Below are positions 45,562-55,496 of a stretch of 64,000 bases of DNA, one piece after another (position 1 is the first letter of the stretch; every line of letters begins with the position of its first letter). Location: positions 25,427 through 89,426 of the IMG/VR virus record IMGVR_UViG_3300043446_005051. One strand, 5' to 3'. Position numbers and translations under genes: made by a program. The notes below the pieces were generated by a model. The model did not search any database. It was not told the origin of the DNA and saw only the letters and a list, made by a program, of their open reading frames with translations. The DNA is from a virus.

Positions 45562-47424
45562 TTATAAATTTTCTACATCTGGACAAGACAGTTCTTGATT
45601 CTGGTCATTTGTTGTAGGTACTTCGCCACCATCTTCACCTTCCTCATTCGGATCTTTTTTAGGCTTAGGCGAAAATGCATCTACTATATCCTTTCTATCT
45701 TTTAATGTTTCAACATAATCTTTCAGAGTTTTAATTTCAGATTGTAGATATGCAATAGATTGTAAAAATCCCCAGGCTCTAAGTTCTTGACTATCCCTAT
45801 TAGTCCTTAATACAGAGGCTGCTGATACTAATTTTTGTATTCTTTTTAAATTATTATCTTTAATAGCTTCTAATTTAGGAACTTCCACTAAAATATCCGC
45901 ATTACATTTTTGGCAAACTTGACGGTCGTCTGGGTTTGGTGGGCCATTCCCAGGTGGATTTGTAGTATACCCTGGTCCCGATCCAGCGGAACTAGAAAAG
46001 TAGAAGTATGATCTTCCATATAAGTATGCATAATCTATTTCTCCTCCATACTTTGGCCAGAGTTTGTTACCTTCATAATAAACTGCTGGTTCATTACCAA
46101 CTTTAGGTTCATCTTCATTCATAAAAATATTCCATTCTCTTGGCTTAGATGGATGACCATTATTAATCAATTTCACGGTATGACCATATCCAAATTGATT
46201 TTTATTTTTTATAATTCCAATAGTAACTGGACTAAAAGGGCTCTTTGTAGGATCAAATTCTAAAGATAAGTCTTCAGTTTGTCTCACCACATCAAAAATA
46301 TCCCTATCCACAGTAGCAGTAGCGGTATCATTCAAAATTAAGGACGGATATGTTGAATAAGTTCCAAATTGAATTATCTCATTATCGACAGCTTCAAATG
46401 CTTGCTTGTCTAATATAACAGATGGAAATATTGCATCTACATTTATTAAATTTCCAGACTCATTTATGTAACTGACTGATATTGAAGTTGTACCAATTCC
46501 AATAACTTTTGAATCAGTTGCAATTCCTGTTGAATTTACTACATAATCATTTAATTTAATATCATAGTCATCTAAATCTGGATTTTCTTCAGTTCCAATA
46601 CCAGTAACAGCTAAAATAGTAGAGCCAAGGGATATAATTCCACTAATTGATGTATGAATACCAATTACACTGGTTGTACCAAAACCAATAACACTAGGAG
46701 ATACATTTGTAGTAAAAGTTGAAGTATCATTTCCATCTAAATCATTTGTAATTTTATCTCCTATTTGTATTTTAGAAGTTCCACCTGAACCTATTATTGC
46801 TAACTCATTGCTTTGTTTTTTAATATAACCAGTAAAATCTTTAATTGCTGTAAATCCATAATCATTATTTAATGGTTTTCTATAATATTTGAGTCCATAA
46901 TAGTGATTTTCTATTTTTCCTACATCTTCAACTAATTCGTATACAACTACATTATTTGGGGAATCATTTGCACCAAATCTAAGTACAGCATCTCTTACAT
47001 ATTCCCATCTTAAACTATTTCTACATCCTTCAGATATTCTTTTATCATAAATTGATTTTATAACTGTAATTTGCTCATTTATCTCATCAATTAATACATT
47101 AGCACACTTATCTATATTTTGTATAACTTCATCGGTCTCATCTATTGATACATCTAATTTTAAAAGAAGATCCTTTATAGTTGCTAATTCATTTTCCTTT
47201 AATTTAAGCTGATATTTAGCATCATTAATTAAATTTTGAGTAAATGAATCTGTTTTTTCTGGTTCTTTTATTTCTTCTGGAGCTTCGTTTAAAATAGTTT
47301 GAGCTTCTTTTTCTTTTTCTTTAAATTTTCGAACTCTTGAATCATTTTCTTTAAAGATTGAAGTAGGAGATGCATATAGTCGATCTATAGTGCATTCATT
47401 TCTTTTATCTAGTTTAATTGTCAT
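45562..47424 (-). CDS. baseplate/tail-region structural protein
   Basis: 620-aa ORF in late operon, GIGTT motifs and coiled coils. Confidence 0.7.
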   Translation of the reverse strand: MTIKLDKRNECTIDRLYASPTSIFKENDSRVRKFKEKEKEAQTILNEAPEEIKEPEKTDSFTQNLINDAKYQLKLKENELATIKDLLLKLDVSIDETDEVIQNIDKCANVLIDEINEQITVIKSIYDKRISEGCRNSLRWEYVRDAVLRFGANDSPNNVVVYELVEDVGKIENHYYGLKYYRKPLNNDYGFTAIKDFTGYIKKQSNELAIIGSGGTSKIQIGDKITNDLDGNDTSTFTTNVSPSVIGFGTTSVIGIHTSISGIISLGSTILAVTGIGTEENPDLDDYDIKLNDYVVNSTGIATDSKVIGIGTTSISVSYINESGNLINVDAIFPSVILDKQAFEAVDNEIIQFGTYSTYPSLILNDTATATVDRDIFDVVRQTEDLSLEFDPTKSPFSPVTIGIIKNKNQFGYGHTVKLINNGHPSKPREWNIFMNEDEPKVGNEPAVYYEGNKLWPKYGGEIDYAYLYGRSYFYFSSSAGSGPGYTTNPPGNGPPNPDDRQVCQKCNADILVEVPKLEAIKDNNLKRIQKLVSAASVLRTNRDSQELRAWGFLQSIAYLQSEIKTLKDYVETLKDRKDIVDAFSPKPKKDPNEEGEDGGEVPTTNDQNQELSCPDVENL

Positions 47425-48226
47425 TTTCTTTACGCTCCACTACTAGTTTTTTCACATCTACTCTTTCTGCACATATGATATAATCACAATCTATAGTAGA
47501 CTCAATATTGTTTTCAATTCTTATGAATTTATTATCCACAGTTTCTTTTACATAAAGTTCTTGATGATGTCTTCGAGGAGTCAAGTGAACTGTAATTGTT
47601 CTAAAATCAACTAGATTCTCCCAATAATCTGGAAGCCATATTTCATTGCTTCTTCTTAATCGACCTCTATAGTAAACTCCACTTTCTGGACCCTCTATAC
47701 AAGCGTGTACTAATTTATATCCAGGTTTTGATGGATGTGATATTTCAAATTTTTTTATTCCAGCTACAGTTAAATCAGTAAATAATCCATTTCCTGCTGA
47801 AATAAAAGGAGTAAAATCTGCAGCTGTGCAATAGTTTATTCCATTTGCGACTGTAATTGCATTTGTAAGGTCAAGAGCATTCTTTAAACTAATTCCTTGC
47901 TTTAAACTAAGCCCAAATGAATTTTTAAGCCCAAAGAAATTAGACAGACCAAAAATATTACGTAATGAAAATTTGTTTTCAAGGCCAAAATAATTAGCAG
48001 CTCCAATAACTTCTAATGTAATTGGAGCCACAATGCCTGGACCCATCATTATATTAGCTCTGGGAACTAAAACGCTAGGGTTTGCACCTAGCGTCACAGG
48101 ACCATTTATATAAGCACTTCCAGGTAGCATTAACCTAGAAACATCAAAAAAATTATAAGGAATTGGTCCAATTTCTAGAGAATCCCCTGAAATTATAGGC
48201 GAGCTACTCATGATGATGGAGTGCAA
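47414..48226 (-). CDS. gp5-associated tail protein
   Basis: beta-helix-like FGL.N repeats; C-terminal K.F.I.HP.K....L.HACIEGPE.GVYYRG module. Confidence 0.7.
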   Translation of the reverse strand: MHSIIMSSSPIISGDSLEIGPIPYNFFDVSRLMLPGSAYINGPVTLGANPSVLVPRANIMMGPGIVAPITLEVIGAANYFGLENKFSLRNIFGLSNFFGLKNSFGLSLKQGISLKNALDLTNAITVANGINYCTAADFTPFISAGNGLFTDLTVAGIKKFEISHPSKPGYKLVHACIEGPESGVYYRGRLRRSNEIWLPDYWENLVDFRTITVHLTPRRHHQELYVKETVDNKFIRIENNIESTIDCDYIICAERVDVKKLVVERKENDN

Positions 48227-48789
48227 TTTGATTTAAAGAATTCATTAAACTTTTCTATAGCAGTCAATATTTGACCCAAGAACCCAGACTTTAGAGCATC
48301 TGTAGCTGTAGTAGATTCATTTGATATTTGAGCGTGAACTTCAGTGGAACCTCCTACAACTGAAGCTGAATTTGCCCCTGCAATTGTAATTTTATCTCCC
48401 TGTGCATTTATAAGAGAAGCTGATACACTTACTGCTCTGCTGCTATCTAAAGTAATTTGGCCACCAAGAGCATCTTTTGCATCTATCTTAATATTTTTCC
48501 CTTTAAGTACAATATTCCCATTTATAGCATCTAGAACTATATCGCCATTTTCGGCTCTTATTATCTTACTAGGAACATTGTCTGCATACCCGCCTACGCA
48601 TCCAACTACTTCTTTCGAAGTTCCTGGAGTTGTAAATTCGGCATCTCCATTTTTCTTAAATTTTATTCCCTGAATTTTATCTGTAAGTAGGCTGAAAGTA
48701 ACTTCATAATTTGAATCAATTCGAAATTGATGTTTTTGTAATATGAAACAAACATCAGCTATTTCATTTGGTAATTCTTTCATATGCAA
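48208..48789 (-). CDS. gp5 C-terminal-like beta-helix spike protein
   Basis: I.AENGDIVLDA.NGNI.LKG.NI.I.A repeats directly after gp5. Confidence 0.65.
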   Translation of the reverse strand: MHMKELPNEIADVCFILQKHQFRIDSNYEVTFSLLTDKIQGIKFKKNGDAEFTTPGTSKEVVGCVGGYADNVPSKIIRAENGDIVLDAINGNIVLKGKNIKIDAKDALGGQITLDSSRAVSVSASLINAQGDKITIAGANSASVVGGSTEVHAQISNESTTATDALKSGFLGQILTAIEKFNEFFKSNCTPSS

Positions 48790-51700
48790 TCTACGATTTT
48801 AAGAGTTCCTTCATTGGTTTCTGTTACGTCTACACCTTGTCCAGGAGTTGTAGTAGATGTACTGCTAGATGGATTTGTATCAGTTATTGTAATTGGCAAT
48901 ATTTCAGCCCCAATTCCAGTATTTGTATTTATAGTGATTATTGGAATATCAGTAAACCCACAATTTGCTTGAGCTAGTGCTTTCACTCCAAAAATTGCAC
49001 CATTATCTGGAGATATAATAAGGTCATAAGTATTTATTCCATCTGTAGCCGTATCTGTAATGTTATAACCAATTCCAGGTCGAATAACTACCAACTCGCT
49101 TACGCAAATTGTAGTTTGTGTATTAGGTTCAGGTGCTGCAGTTCTATTAATTAAAACGGAAACTCTAGCTTCATCATTATCTAATATTAACTCAAAAAGT
49201 TCATTATCTTGAATTATTCCTTTGTTTGTATCAAATTTCAGCATTGATATGTTGTTATTTACAACAAAATTTACATAAGATGATTTATTTTTAATTAATC
49301 CTTCGCTTACACCATAAATTTTAAAAGGAATTACAGTACCGTCTGGTACATTTTTTGTTTTTAGTGTAATTCTAAATGGAGCTCCTTCATTAATACTTAA
49401 AATATTTGATACTAATTTATATTTTTTATTTGGTAAAGACTCACTAATATCATCAATAATTACATCTACAAATTTGTTATAGTTGCTCAAATTAAATCTT
49501 AATTTTTTAGTATCCTTTATTTCATTTGGTATTGTTTCTATTGTAATTTCTGCTAATTTATCATTAAATTTTAAATATCCTTCCATATTTTGATTAATAT
49601 CACTGGAAGTCACTCCTTCTATTTTATATTTAACTCTTTTTGGTTTATATTCATTGTTAGTTTTGATTTGAATTTTAAAAGACTCCCCTTCATAAATTCT
49701 ATTTTTATTGGATTTCACTGATAATCTAAATCTATCATTTTTAGGTACTTCATCTTCTTCATTGGGGCATCTATCGTTAATATCATCATCCTCTTCCTCT
49801 TCCCCTAGAGTATCTAATGTGCCAAGAGGTGTGGCTTTACAGTAACCAGAACCCTGCTCTATAATTAATACTCTTTTAATAGAACCATTTTTATCAATTC
49901 TAGCTTGAAGTATAGCTCCACTTCCATATCCACTGTTATCTATAACAGTTAAGGTGGGTGGTTTAGTATACCCTAATCCGCCCTTGATTATATCAACTGA
50001 TAAGAATTTACCATCCTCTGAAATTTGAGGGAATAATTCTGCTTTTGCCAATGGTGGTTCATTTCCACTATAAACTGAAATTATGGGAGGAATACAATTG
50101 AATAATATATTTCCTGGTAGATTTATGGCTAAATCTTCTTGTCTAGTTGGATTATTTACATCTTCATTACATCTTGAATAATCAAATGGGAAATTTGTTT
50201 GATTATAGAATGATGAACCAGCTATAGCCTGCTCAACAGATTGGAGATCATTTGAAACTCCACTAAACACATTAACATTATCTACCATTTTCTGCCAGTT
50301 ATCCGCTTCCATTTCACTTGGTCCCATATTAGAAACCCATTTACTTGGAGTAGTACACTTCAAAGAATCACAACCAATAAAACTATAAATTTGAGATGCT
50401 AAAGATGACGCTTGATTCATTGCGTCAAATACTTTACCTAATCCTCCAGTTATTGCATTAATCCCAGAAAGTAGAGGTTCTATTGCTTCTTCTATTGCTT
50501 TCATCACTTCGGTTAAAATTCCAGCTACAAATTGTTCTATAGCACAAATTGGAGCACTGAATACAGAATCCACCAGATCAGTTATAAACTTTTCAATAAG
50601 TTGAAGAATGATTGGCATCAATTTTTCAAAGATACAAAATAAAATATCAATTATTTTTTTAATTGCTTTACCTACAACTGTCTGCATGAATCCAGACATT
50701 GATATAGTCTCTTTAAAAATAGAAAAAAGTTTTAAAATACATTTGATGAGTCCACTTCGAATAGAATTAACAACCATTCGAATTATACTACCTATACTAT
50801 TAGCTATAGATTTAATTGAATTTGTAATATCTACAACTTCATTTAAAACTGGATTTATATAAGTATTTGCAAATTTTTGAAGGCCATTTGTAAATCCTAT
50901 AAAGTCTTGAAGTATTTGAGTAATCTGTCCAATAAAATTATTATGACATTCACTTGGAGGGGTGTAAGTAAATGTCATTCTTTGATCAAATGCAAGACTT
51001 GCTGCATTTGAGTCGAAAAGACTAAATCCATCCGCAAATGTAAGGGGAGTTTTGGGTGTATATGGAATAAAATTATTATTATTATTAAATAAATCAGTTA
51101 ATCCAATTCCAAGATTTCCTCCAACTAGATTTTGTTCAACAAAAAGTTCTCCACTTTCGGCATTAAACCCCCAACTACCATTCTTATAGCTATAAGTGGG
51201 TGCAGGAGCTGGAGACGGAGATGGACTAGGTGCAGGAGATGGAGATGGACTAGGTGCAGGAGCTGGAGACGGAGATGGACTAGGTGCAGGAGCTGGAGAT
51301 GGAGATTGACTAGGTGCTGGAGATGGAGAGGGTGGAGCATTTGTGGGAGGTGTAGGTTTGTGGGGACCTTTAGGTTCACTTGGGCGTGGAGCATTTCTCT
51401 TCGTAGGTGGAACCTTATCCATACCCCCTGGATGCCCAGTAAATGGCTGAAATGCAAACTCATTATCTTCTGGTAAATTTTCAATCATTTTATGGCGATG
51501 TAATAGTCCAACAACTACTGGCTGTTGAGCATCATCCCCATCTAAAAAGAAGCCAAAGCAAGTTTCTCCTCCAGTTAAATTACTGGTGCCTCCCTCTCCA
51601 CCTTGAGCACTTCCAACAAATGGGTCCATTAAAATATGCGCCCAAGGTAAATCTTCATCACTCAAATCGCCCTTTCTAAATGAGTGATAACCTATAATTC

Positions 51701-51866
51701 TTACTTTACATCTCTCTGGCCAAGTTTTTGCCTCTTTATCCTTTGACTTATAGTTATTTAATGATACTTTTGATTTCCAAGCCTTAGCTGGAGCAACTTG
51801 ACCTAACCACCAAACAAAACCATCTTTTCCGATTTGATTTACTTTAAATAAAGATTCTTCAATCAT
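48780..51866 (-). CDS. gp5: baseplate hub / spike protein gp5-like
   Basis: G.DGF.WWLGQV, R.KVRIIGYH, LPWA, G...FGFFLDG.DAQQPV OB-fold motifs; Pro-rich linker; C-terminal Ig-like repeats. Confidence 0.85.
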   Translation of the reverse strand: MIEESLFKVNQIGKDGFVWWLGQVAPAKAWKSKVSLNNYKSKDKEAKTWPERCKVRIIGYHSFRKGDLSDEDLPWAHILMDPFVGSAQGGEGGTSNLTGGETCFGFFLDGDDAQQPVVVGLLHRHKMIENLPEDNEFAFQPFTGHPGGMDKVPPTKRNAPRPSEPKGPHKPTPPTNAPPSPSPAPSQSPSPAPAPSPSPSPAPAPSPSPSPAPSPSPSPAPAPTYSYKNGSWGFNAESGELFVEQNLVGGNLGIGLTDLFNNNNNFIPYTPKTPLTFADGFSLFDSNAASLAFDQRMTFTYTPPSECHNNFIGQITQILQDFIGFTNGLQKFANTYINPVLNEVVDITNSIKSIANSIGSIIRMVVNSIRSGLIKCILKLFSIFKETISMSGFMQTVVGKAIKKIIDILFCIFEKLMPIILQLIEKFITDLVDSVFSAPICAIEQFVAGILTEVMKAIEEAIEPLLSGINAITGGLGKVFDAMNQASSLASQIYSFIGCDSLKCTTPSKWVSNMGPSEMEADNWQKMVDNVNVFSGVSNDLQSVEQAIAGSSFYNQTNFPFDYSRCNEDVNNPTRQEDLAINLPGNILFNCIPPIISVYSGNEPPLAKAELFPQISEDGKFLSVDIIKGGLGYTKPPTLTVIDNSGYGSGAILQARIDKNGSIKRVLIIEQGSGYCKATPLGTLDTLGEEEEDDDINDRCPNEEDEVPKNDRFRLSVKSNKNRIYEGESFKIQIKTNNEYKPKRVKYKIEGVTSSDINQNMEGYLKFNDKLAEITIETIPNEIKDTKKLRFNLSNYNKFVDVIIDDISESLPNKKYKLVSNILSINEGAPFRITLKTKNVPDGTVIPFKIYGVSEGLIKNKSSYVNFVVNNNISMLKFDTNKGIIQDNELFELILDNDEARVSVLINRTAAPEPNTQTTICVSELVVIRPGIGYNITDTATDGINTYDLIISPDNGAIFGVKALAQANCGFTDIPIITINTNTGIGAEILPITITDTNPSSSTSTTTPGQGVDVTETNEGTLKIVDCI
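51198..51332. repeat. imperfect tandem repeat encoding (PAPAPSPSPS)n linker
   Basis: 24-30-bp units GGTGCAGGAG(CTGGAG)A(C/T)GGAGATGGACTA within gp5. Confidence 0.85.
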
Positions 51867-51878
51867 TTCTCTTTAAAA

Positions 51879-53210
51879 TTAAACAACATTTTCTGAGCCA
51901 TAAACTCCATAACTATCTCGAATTAATTTTAAACTTGTAACCATATTTCCTGGGCTAATATGATGACGAAGTTCTGCAATTAAATACAATCCACTTTGTT
52001 CTTCATCAATCTCCTTAACATTTTTTTGTTCTAGTTTTGGAAATTCAACATAGATAACATCACCAACTTTTAACTTTACATTACAAGGTACCATCATATT
52101 TAGCGATTGCATAAACAAAATATTATATCTAGATGTTGATTTTGCTATATCTGCAATATCCCTTTGTTGACCTTCATCAAAAGTACTACCTGTGAAGTTA
52201 TTATCCATAACTCCAACATCTGAAGTTCGAACAAATATTCTAGATATTGAATTCCCCAATTCTTCCGAAACTGCTATGGATGAATTTGTACCTAATTTAC
52301 TTGCTTTTTGTATTTCATCTTTTAATTTATATTGATAAATTGAGAGTTTATTTGTATAAATGTTATAGAAATAAGTTATATTTGAATATACTCCAGTTCT
52401 TAATGCTTTAATTAAATCAGAATTCTTGTCAATACTATAATTTATAATTTTAAATTCATTTTCAGTTACATTTGATTCTATAGCTTGAGTATAAACATAT
52501 TTTGGAATATTCTTTAAGTCTGAAGTTCCAGCATTGGTTCTACTTACTAATGACTCTACACTTTTAAAATTAAATCCTTCAATATTCTCATAAAATAAAT
52601 ATCCAGAAACTCCTCTCGTCATTCCAGCTTTATTTACTTCTTTAGTTTTTACTGAATTTTGAGTTGGAAGAGCTTTGTTACATAACCAATATATAACACT
52701 AAAAGCATTTTTCATATTCCCAATGAATGAATATGTATTCGCAGTTGAAAGTATATTTTCCGGTTTAAATTTTTCAGTTTTTAATACTTCTTTAAGAATT
52801 CTTTTTACTGAGTCATCAATTTTTCCATTATATCTTGACATACATCTGCTTGTTTCATTTGTAATCATCTCTCTGGATACTAAATTTAATCCAAAACTTT
52901 CACCAGTACTATCAGTATTAATTCCAAATACGTTATAAACATATAAAGCTCTTTCATCTTCAAATGAAAGATCACCAAATGCAGTTGAAATGTTTATGAG
53001 TACTTTCTCACCTCCTCTTATGGGTAATGTATTTGTCAGTGAAGTACTATGAGCTATGATTGCTTTTAATGTAATGCAAGGTGATAATATACTTTCAAAG
53101 TAATCTACAATTCCAATAGATGAAGACCCAGCTAAATCAATAGATGTACTTCCATCTAATGTTTGAATTGTAAATAGATTAATTTTTAAAGATCTTGCGG
53201 CTAAAGACAT
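51879..53210 (-). CDS. baseplate hub protein (gp27-like position)
   Basis: YFESILSP.I...LPIRGGE, GYLFYEN..GFNFKS.E.L, SGLYLI..LRH motifs. Confidence 0.75.
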   Translation of the reverse strand: MSLAARSLKINLFTIQTLDGSTSIDLAGSSSIGIVDYFESILSPCITLKAIIAHSTSLTNTLPIRGGEKVLINISTAFGDLSFEDERALYVYNVFGINTDSTGESFGLNLVSREMITNETSRCMSRYNGKIDDSVKRILKEVLKTEKFKPENILSTANTYSFIGNMKNAFSVIYWLCNKALPTQNSVKTKEVNKAGMTRGVSGYLFYENIEGFNFKSVESLVSRTNAGTSDLKNIPKYVYTQAIESNVTENEFKIINYSIDKNSDLIKALRTGVYSNITYFYNIYTNKLSIYQYKLKDEIQKASKLGTNSSIAVSEELGNSISRIFVRTSDVGVMDNNFTGSTFDEGQQRDIADIAKSTSRYNILFMQSLNMMVPCNVKLKVGDVIYVEFPKLEQKNVKEIDEEQSGLYLIAELRHHISPGNMVTSLKLIRDSYGVYGSENVV

Positions 53211-55472
53211 TTACCCTACAGCTATACGAGCTTCATTAAGATTATATAGAACCTTTCTTACATCAAATGGATTATCTGCTAATACAGTATTACCTCCACC
53301 TCCAGAAGAAGGTTGAATGGGTTGTTGCATTCCAACACCTCCTCCTCCTCCACTAGTCTGTTGTGGAGTATTCATAGCAATAATCGTTGTTCCTCCTGAT
53401 TGGGGAGTTGTTCTATTGTAAGGAAGATTGTAGCTAATATTCGTTGGATCTTGAGCAGTAGGTCGAGCGGATACTCTTGAAGGTGGTCTATATCCTGGTA
53501 TTTCTCCAGACATCACAGATTCCTTTACTGAATTGTAAAAATCCAATGTTGCATAATCTAAAGCTCTTTGGTCACCACTTTCAATTGCTCTTCTTAATTC
53601 TGGAGTTAATCTCATCATTTCAAATAATGTTAAATTTCTACTAGGTCCTGCATAAGTTCTATATTTTGGATCCGTAAATTCTCCCAATTTTTGAAGACGC
53701 ACGTCTAGAGGATTTAATTCAGAATTTGGTAGAATAACACCTCGACCAACACCTTGCGGTTGGTCAAAGTGTAATTCTATAATTTGCCAGCCTTCTTTTT
53801 CTTTTTTCTTTAAATCATCCTGTTGTCTTGAGTATTCTTGTTTATTTTGACCATAATTACGGTCATTCCATAATTCAACCGGAACTCCTGGAAATTCTGC
53901 TTTTATTTTTCTTACAACATACATTGCAGCTTTTTCAACTGCGGCTTGTTCTCCCTCTGTACCATCTCCCGTAATATGACCTGGAACAATTAAATATCCT
54001 TTAAAGTTACGAACAGTTGCAGTTTTTGAGCTTTGAGATAAAGGAGCTGAAGATTGTTGACCATAAGGAGATTGAGTAGTTTGTCCTGGTTTTATACCAG
54101 ATGGCATTTCTCCCATTAAGGTCCCAGGTGTTGCTACTCTAGGTCTACGTTGTACCTTTACATTACCTCCAAATCTGAAATACTCATTCCCAGCGTCAGA
54201 ATCTATTTTTTGTGGCCTACCCCCTCTTAATAATTCAAAATGAACGTGAGGTCCTGTACTTCTTCCAGTTGAACCATTTAAACCTATTACAGTTCCTGGT
54301 TCTATTTGCTGATTTACTTTAACATTTACTTTATTTAAATGTGCATACCGACTGGTCAGTCCGTTTGAATGTTCAATTTCTACTACATTACCATATCCAC
54401 CTTCCTGCCAACCTGCGTAAATAACCTTACCACTTTTTATAACACTTACTGGAGTGTTTATAGCTATAGCATAATCGACTCCGGTATGTATTCTACCCCA
54501 TCTCCAACCATGAGGACTGGTCATTACTGCAGGAGGTCCCGTAGGCAATGTTCCCCCCTCTACTGTCATCAACTCATCTTCCCCTTCAGGTTGTTGCTGA
54601 GTTTGAGCCCCAGATGAACTAGCATCATCCATAGGAGGAGACTCAAATAAAGTAATTTTACCATCAAAAATATCATCTACAAAATTACTAAACTTACTTA
54701 CGGAATCATCAAAGTTATTAATTAATCTATTTTGTTTTTCTACTGATTCTGGTTTTACTACTGTCTTCCCTTCTTTTTTACCACCATCTCTTAATTTTTC
54801 TTGTTGAAAACTTTGAGCTTTTGATAACATCGATGATCCGGTATCATATGCTCTATCTGCACTCCAACCTCCTAAAAATCCACCAACAGCACTTCCAATT
54901 ACAAATCCAAGTCCAGGAACTGGAATCAAAGTTTGGCCAATTACTCCACCTAACATTGAACCTGCCAGAGAACCTGCAGTTCCAGCTGCAGATTTACCTA
55001 TAGATTCCCCTTCAGCTAAACCAGTTGCAAAATCTAATCCAGCAAATATAGTTCCAACAATGGGAGCTGCTCTCATTCCTGGTATTTTTAATTTTGAGCC
55101 CTTTATTGTTGGTTTTGCTTTAGCTGATGCTGTTTTACCTCCTCCACTTCTACCTTTACCAAGTTTATTATTTCGACCAGAGAAGAAATCTGTTATAAAT
55201 CCTCCGAGGTCTAATGCTCCACTTGCTAAGCTACTTAAGAGTCCTCCAGCTGAACCAAAAGTATTTAAAACATTTATATTAGATAATTTTTTAATTTGAT
55301 TCGCACTTGGTAACTCAGTTCTTTCTAGTTCTAGAGTTTTTATATCTAAAAATCTACCAAAACTATCAAATTCTCGTCTTAATGGTGCAATTGTACCATC
55401 CGACCTACTATTCAATCTAACTATATTATTTGCAATTGAACCTAGAGATGAAGTAGCTGCGGTTATAGCCAT
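53211..55472 (-). CDS. tail-associated protein with M23 peptidase and probable Amidase_3 domain
   Basis: H.GVD, Y.HL, GSTGRSTGPHVHFE (M23); IVPGH...E...IIELHFD...LFE (amidase-like); Gly-rich TM-like repeats. Confidence 0.85.
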   Translation of the reverse strand: MAITAATSSLGSIANNIVRLNSRSDGTIAPLRREFDSFGRFLDIKTLELERTELPSANQIKKLSNINVLNTFGSAGGLLSSLASGALDLGGFITDFFSGRNNKLGKGRSGGGKTASAKAKPTIKGSKLKIPGMRAAPIVGTIFAGLDFATGLAEGESIGKSAAGTAGSLAGSMLGGVIGQTLIPVPGLGFVIGSAVGGFLGGWSADRAYDTGSSMLSKAQSFQQEKLRDGGKKEGKTVVKPESVEKQNRLINNFDDSVSKFSNFVDDIFDGKITLFESPPMDDASSSGAQTQQQPEGEDELMTVEGGTLPTGPPAVMTSPHGWRWGRIHTGVDYAIAINTPVSVIKSGKVIYAGWQEGGYGNVVEIEHSNGLTSRYAHLNKVNVKVNQQIEPGTVIGLNGSTGRSTGPHVHFELLRGGRPQKIDSDAGNEYFRFGGNVKVQRRPRVATPGTLMGEMPSGIKPGQTTQSPYGQQSSAPLSQSSKTATVRNFKGYLIVPGHITGDGTEGEQAAVEKAAMYVVRKIKAEFPGVPVELWNDRNYGQNKQEYSRQQDDLKKKEKEGWQIIELHFDQPQGVGRGVILPNSELNPLDVRLQKLGEFTDPKYRTYAGPSRNLTLFEMMRLTPELRRAIESGDQRALDYATLDFYNSVKESVMSGEIPGYRPPSRVSARPTAQDPTNISYNLPYNRTTPQSGGTTIIAMNTPQQTSGGGGGVGMQQPIQPSSGGGGNTVLADNPFDVRKVLYNLNEARIAVG

Positions 55473-55496
55473 TTTACTTTAATGTGAATTGATACA

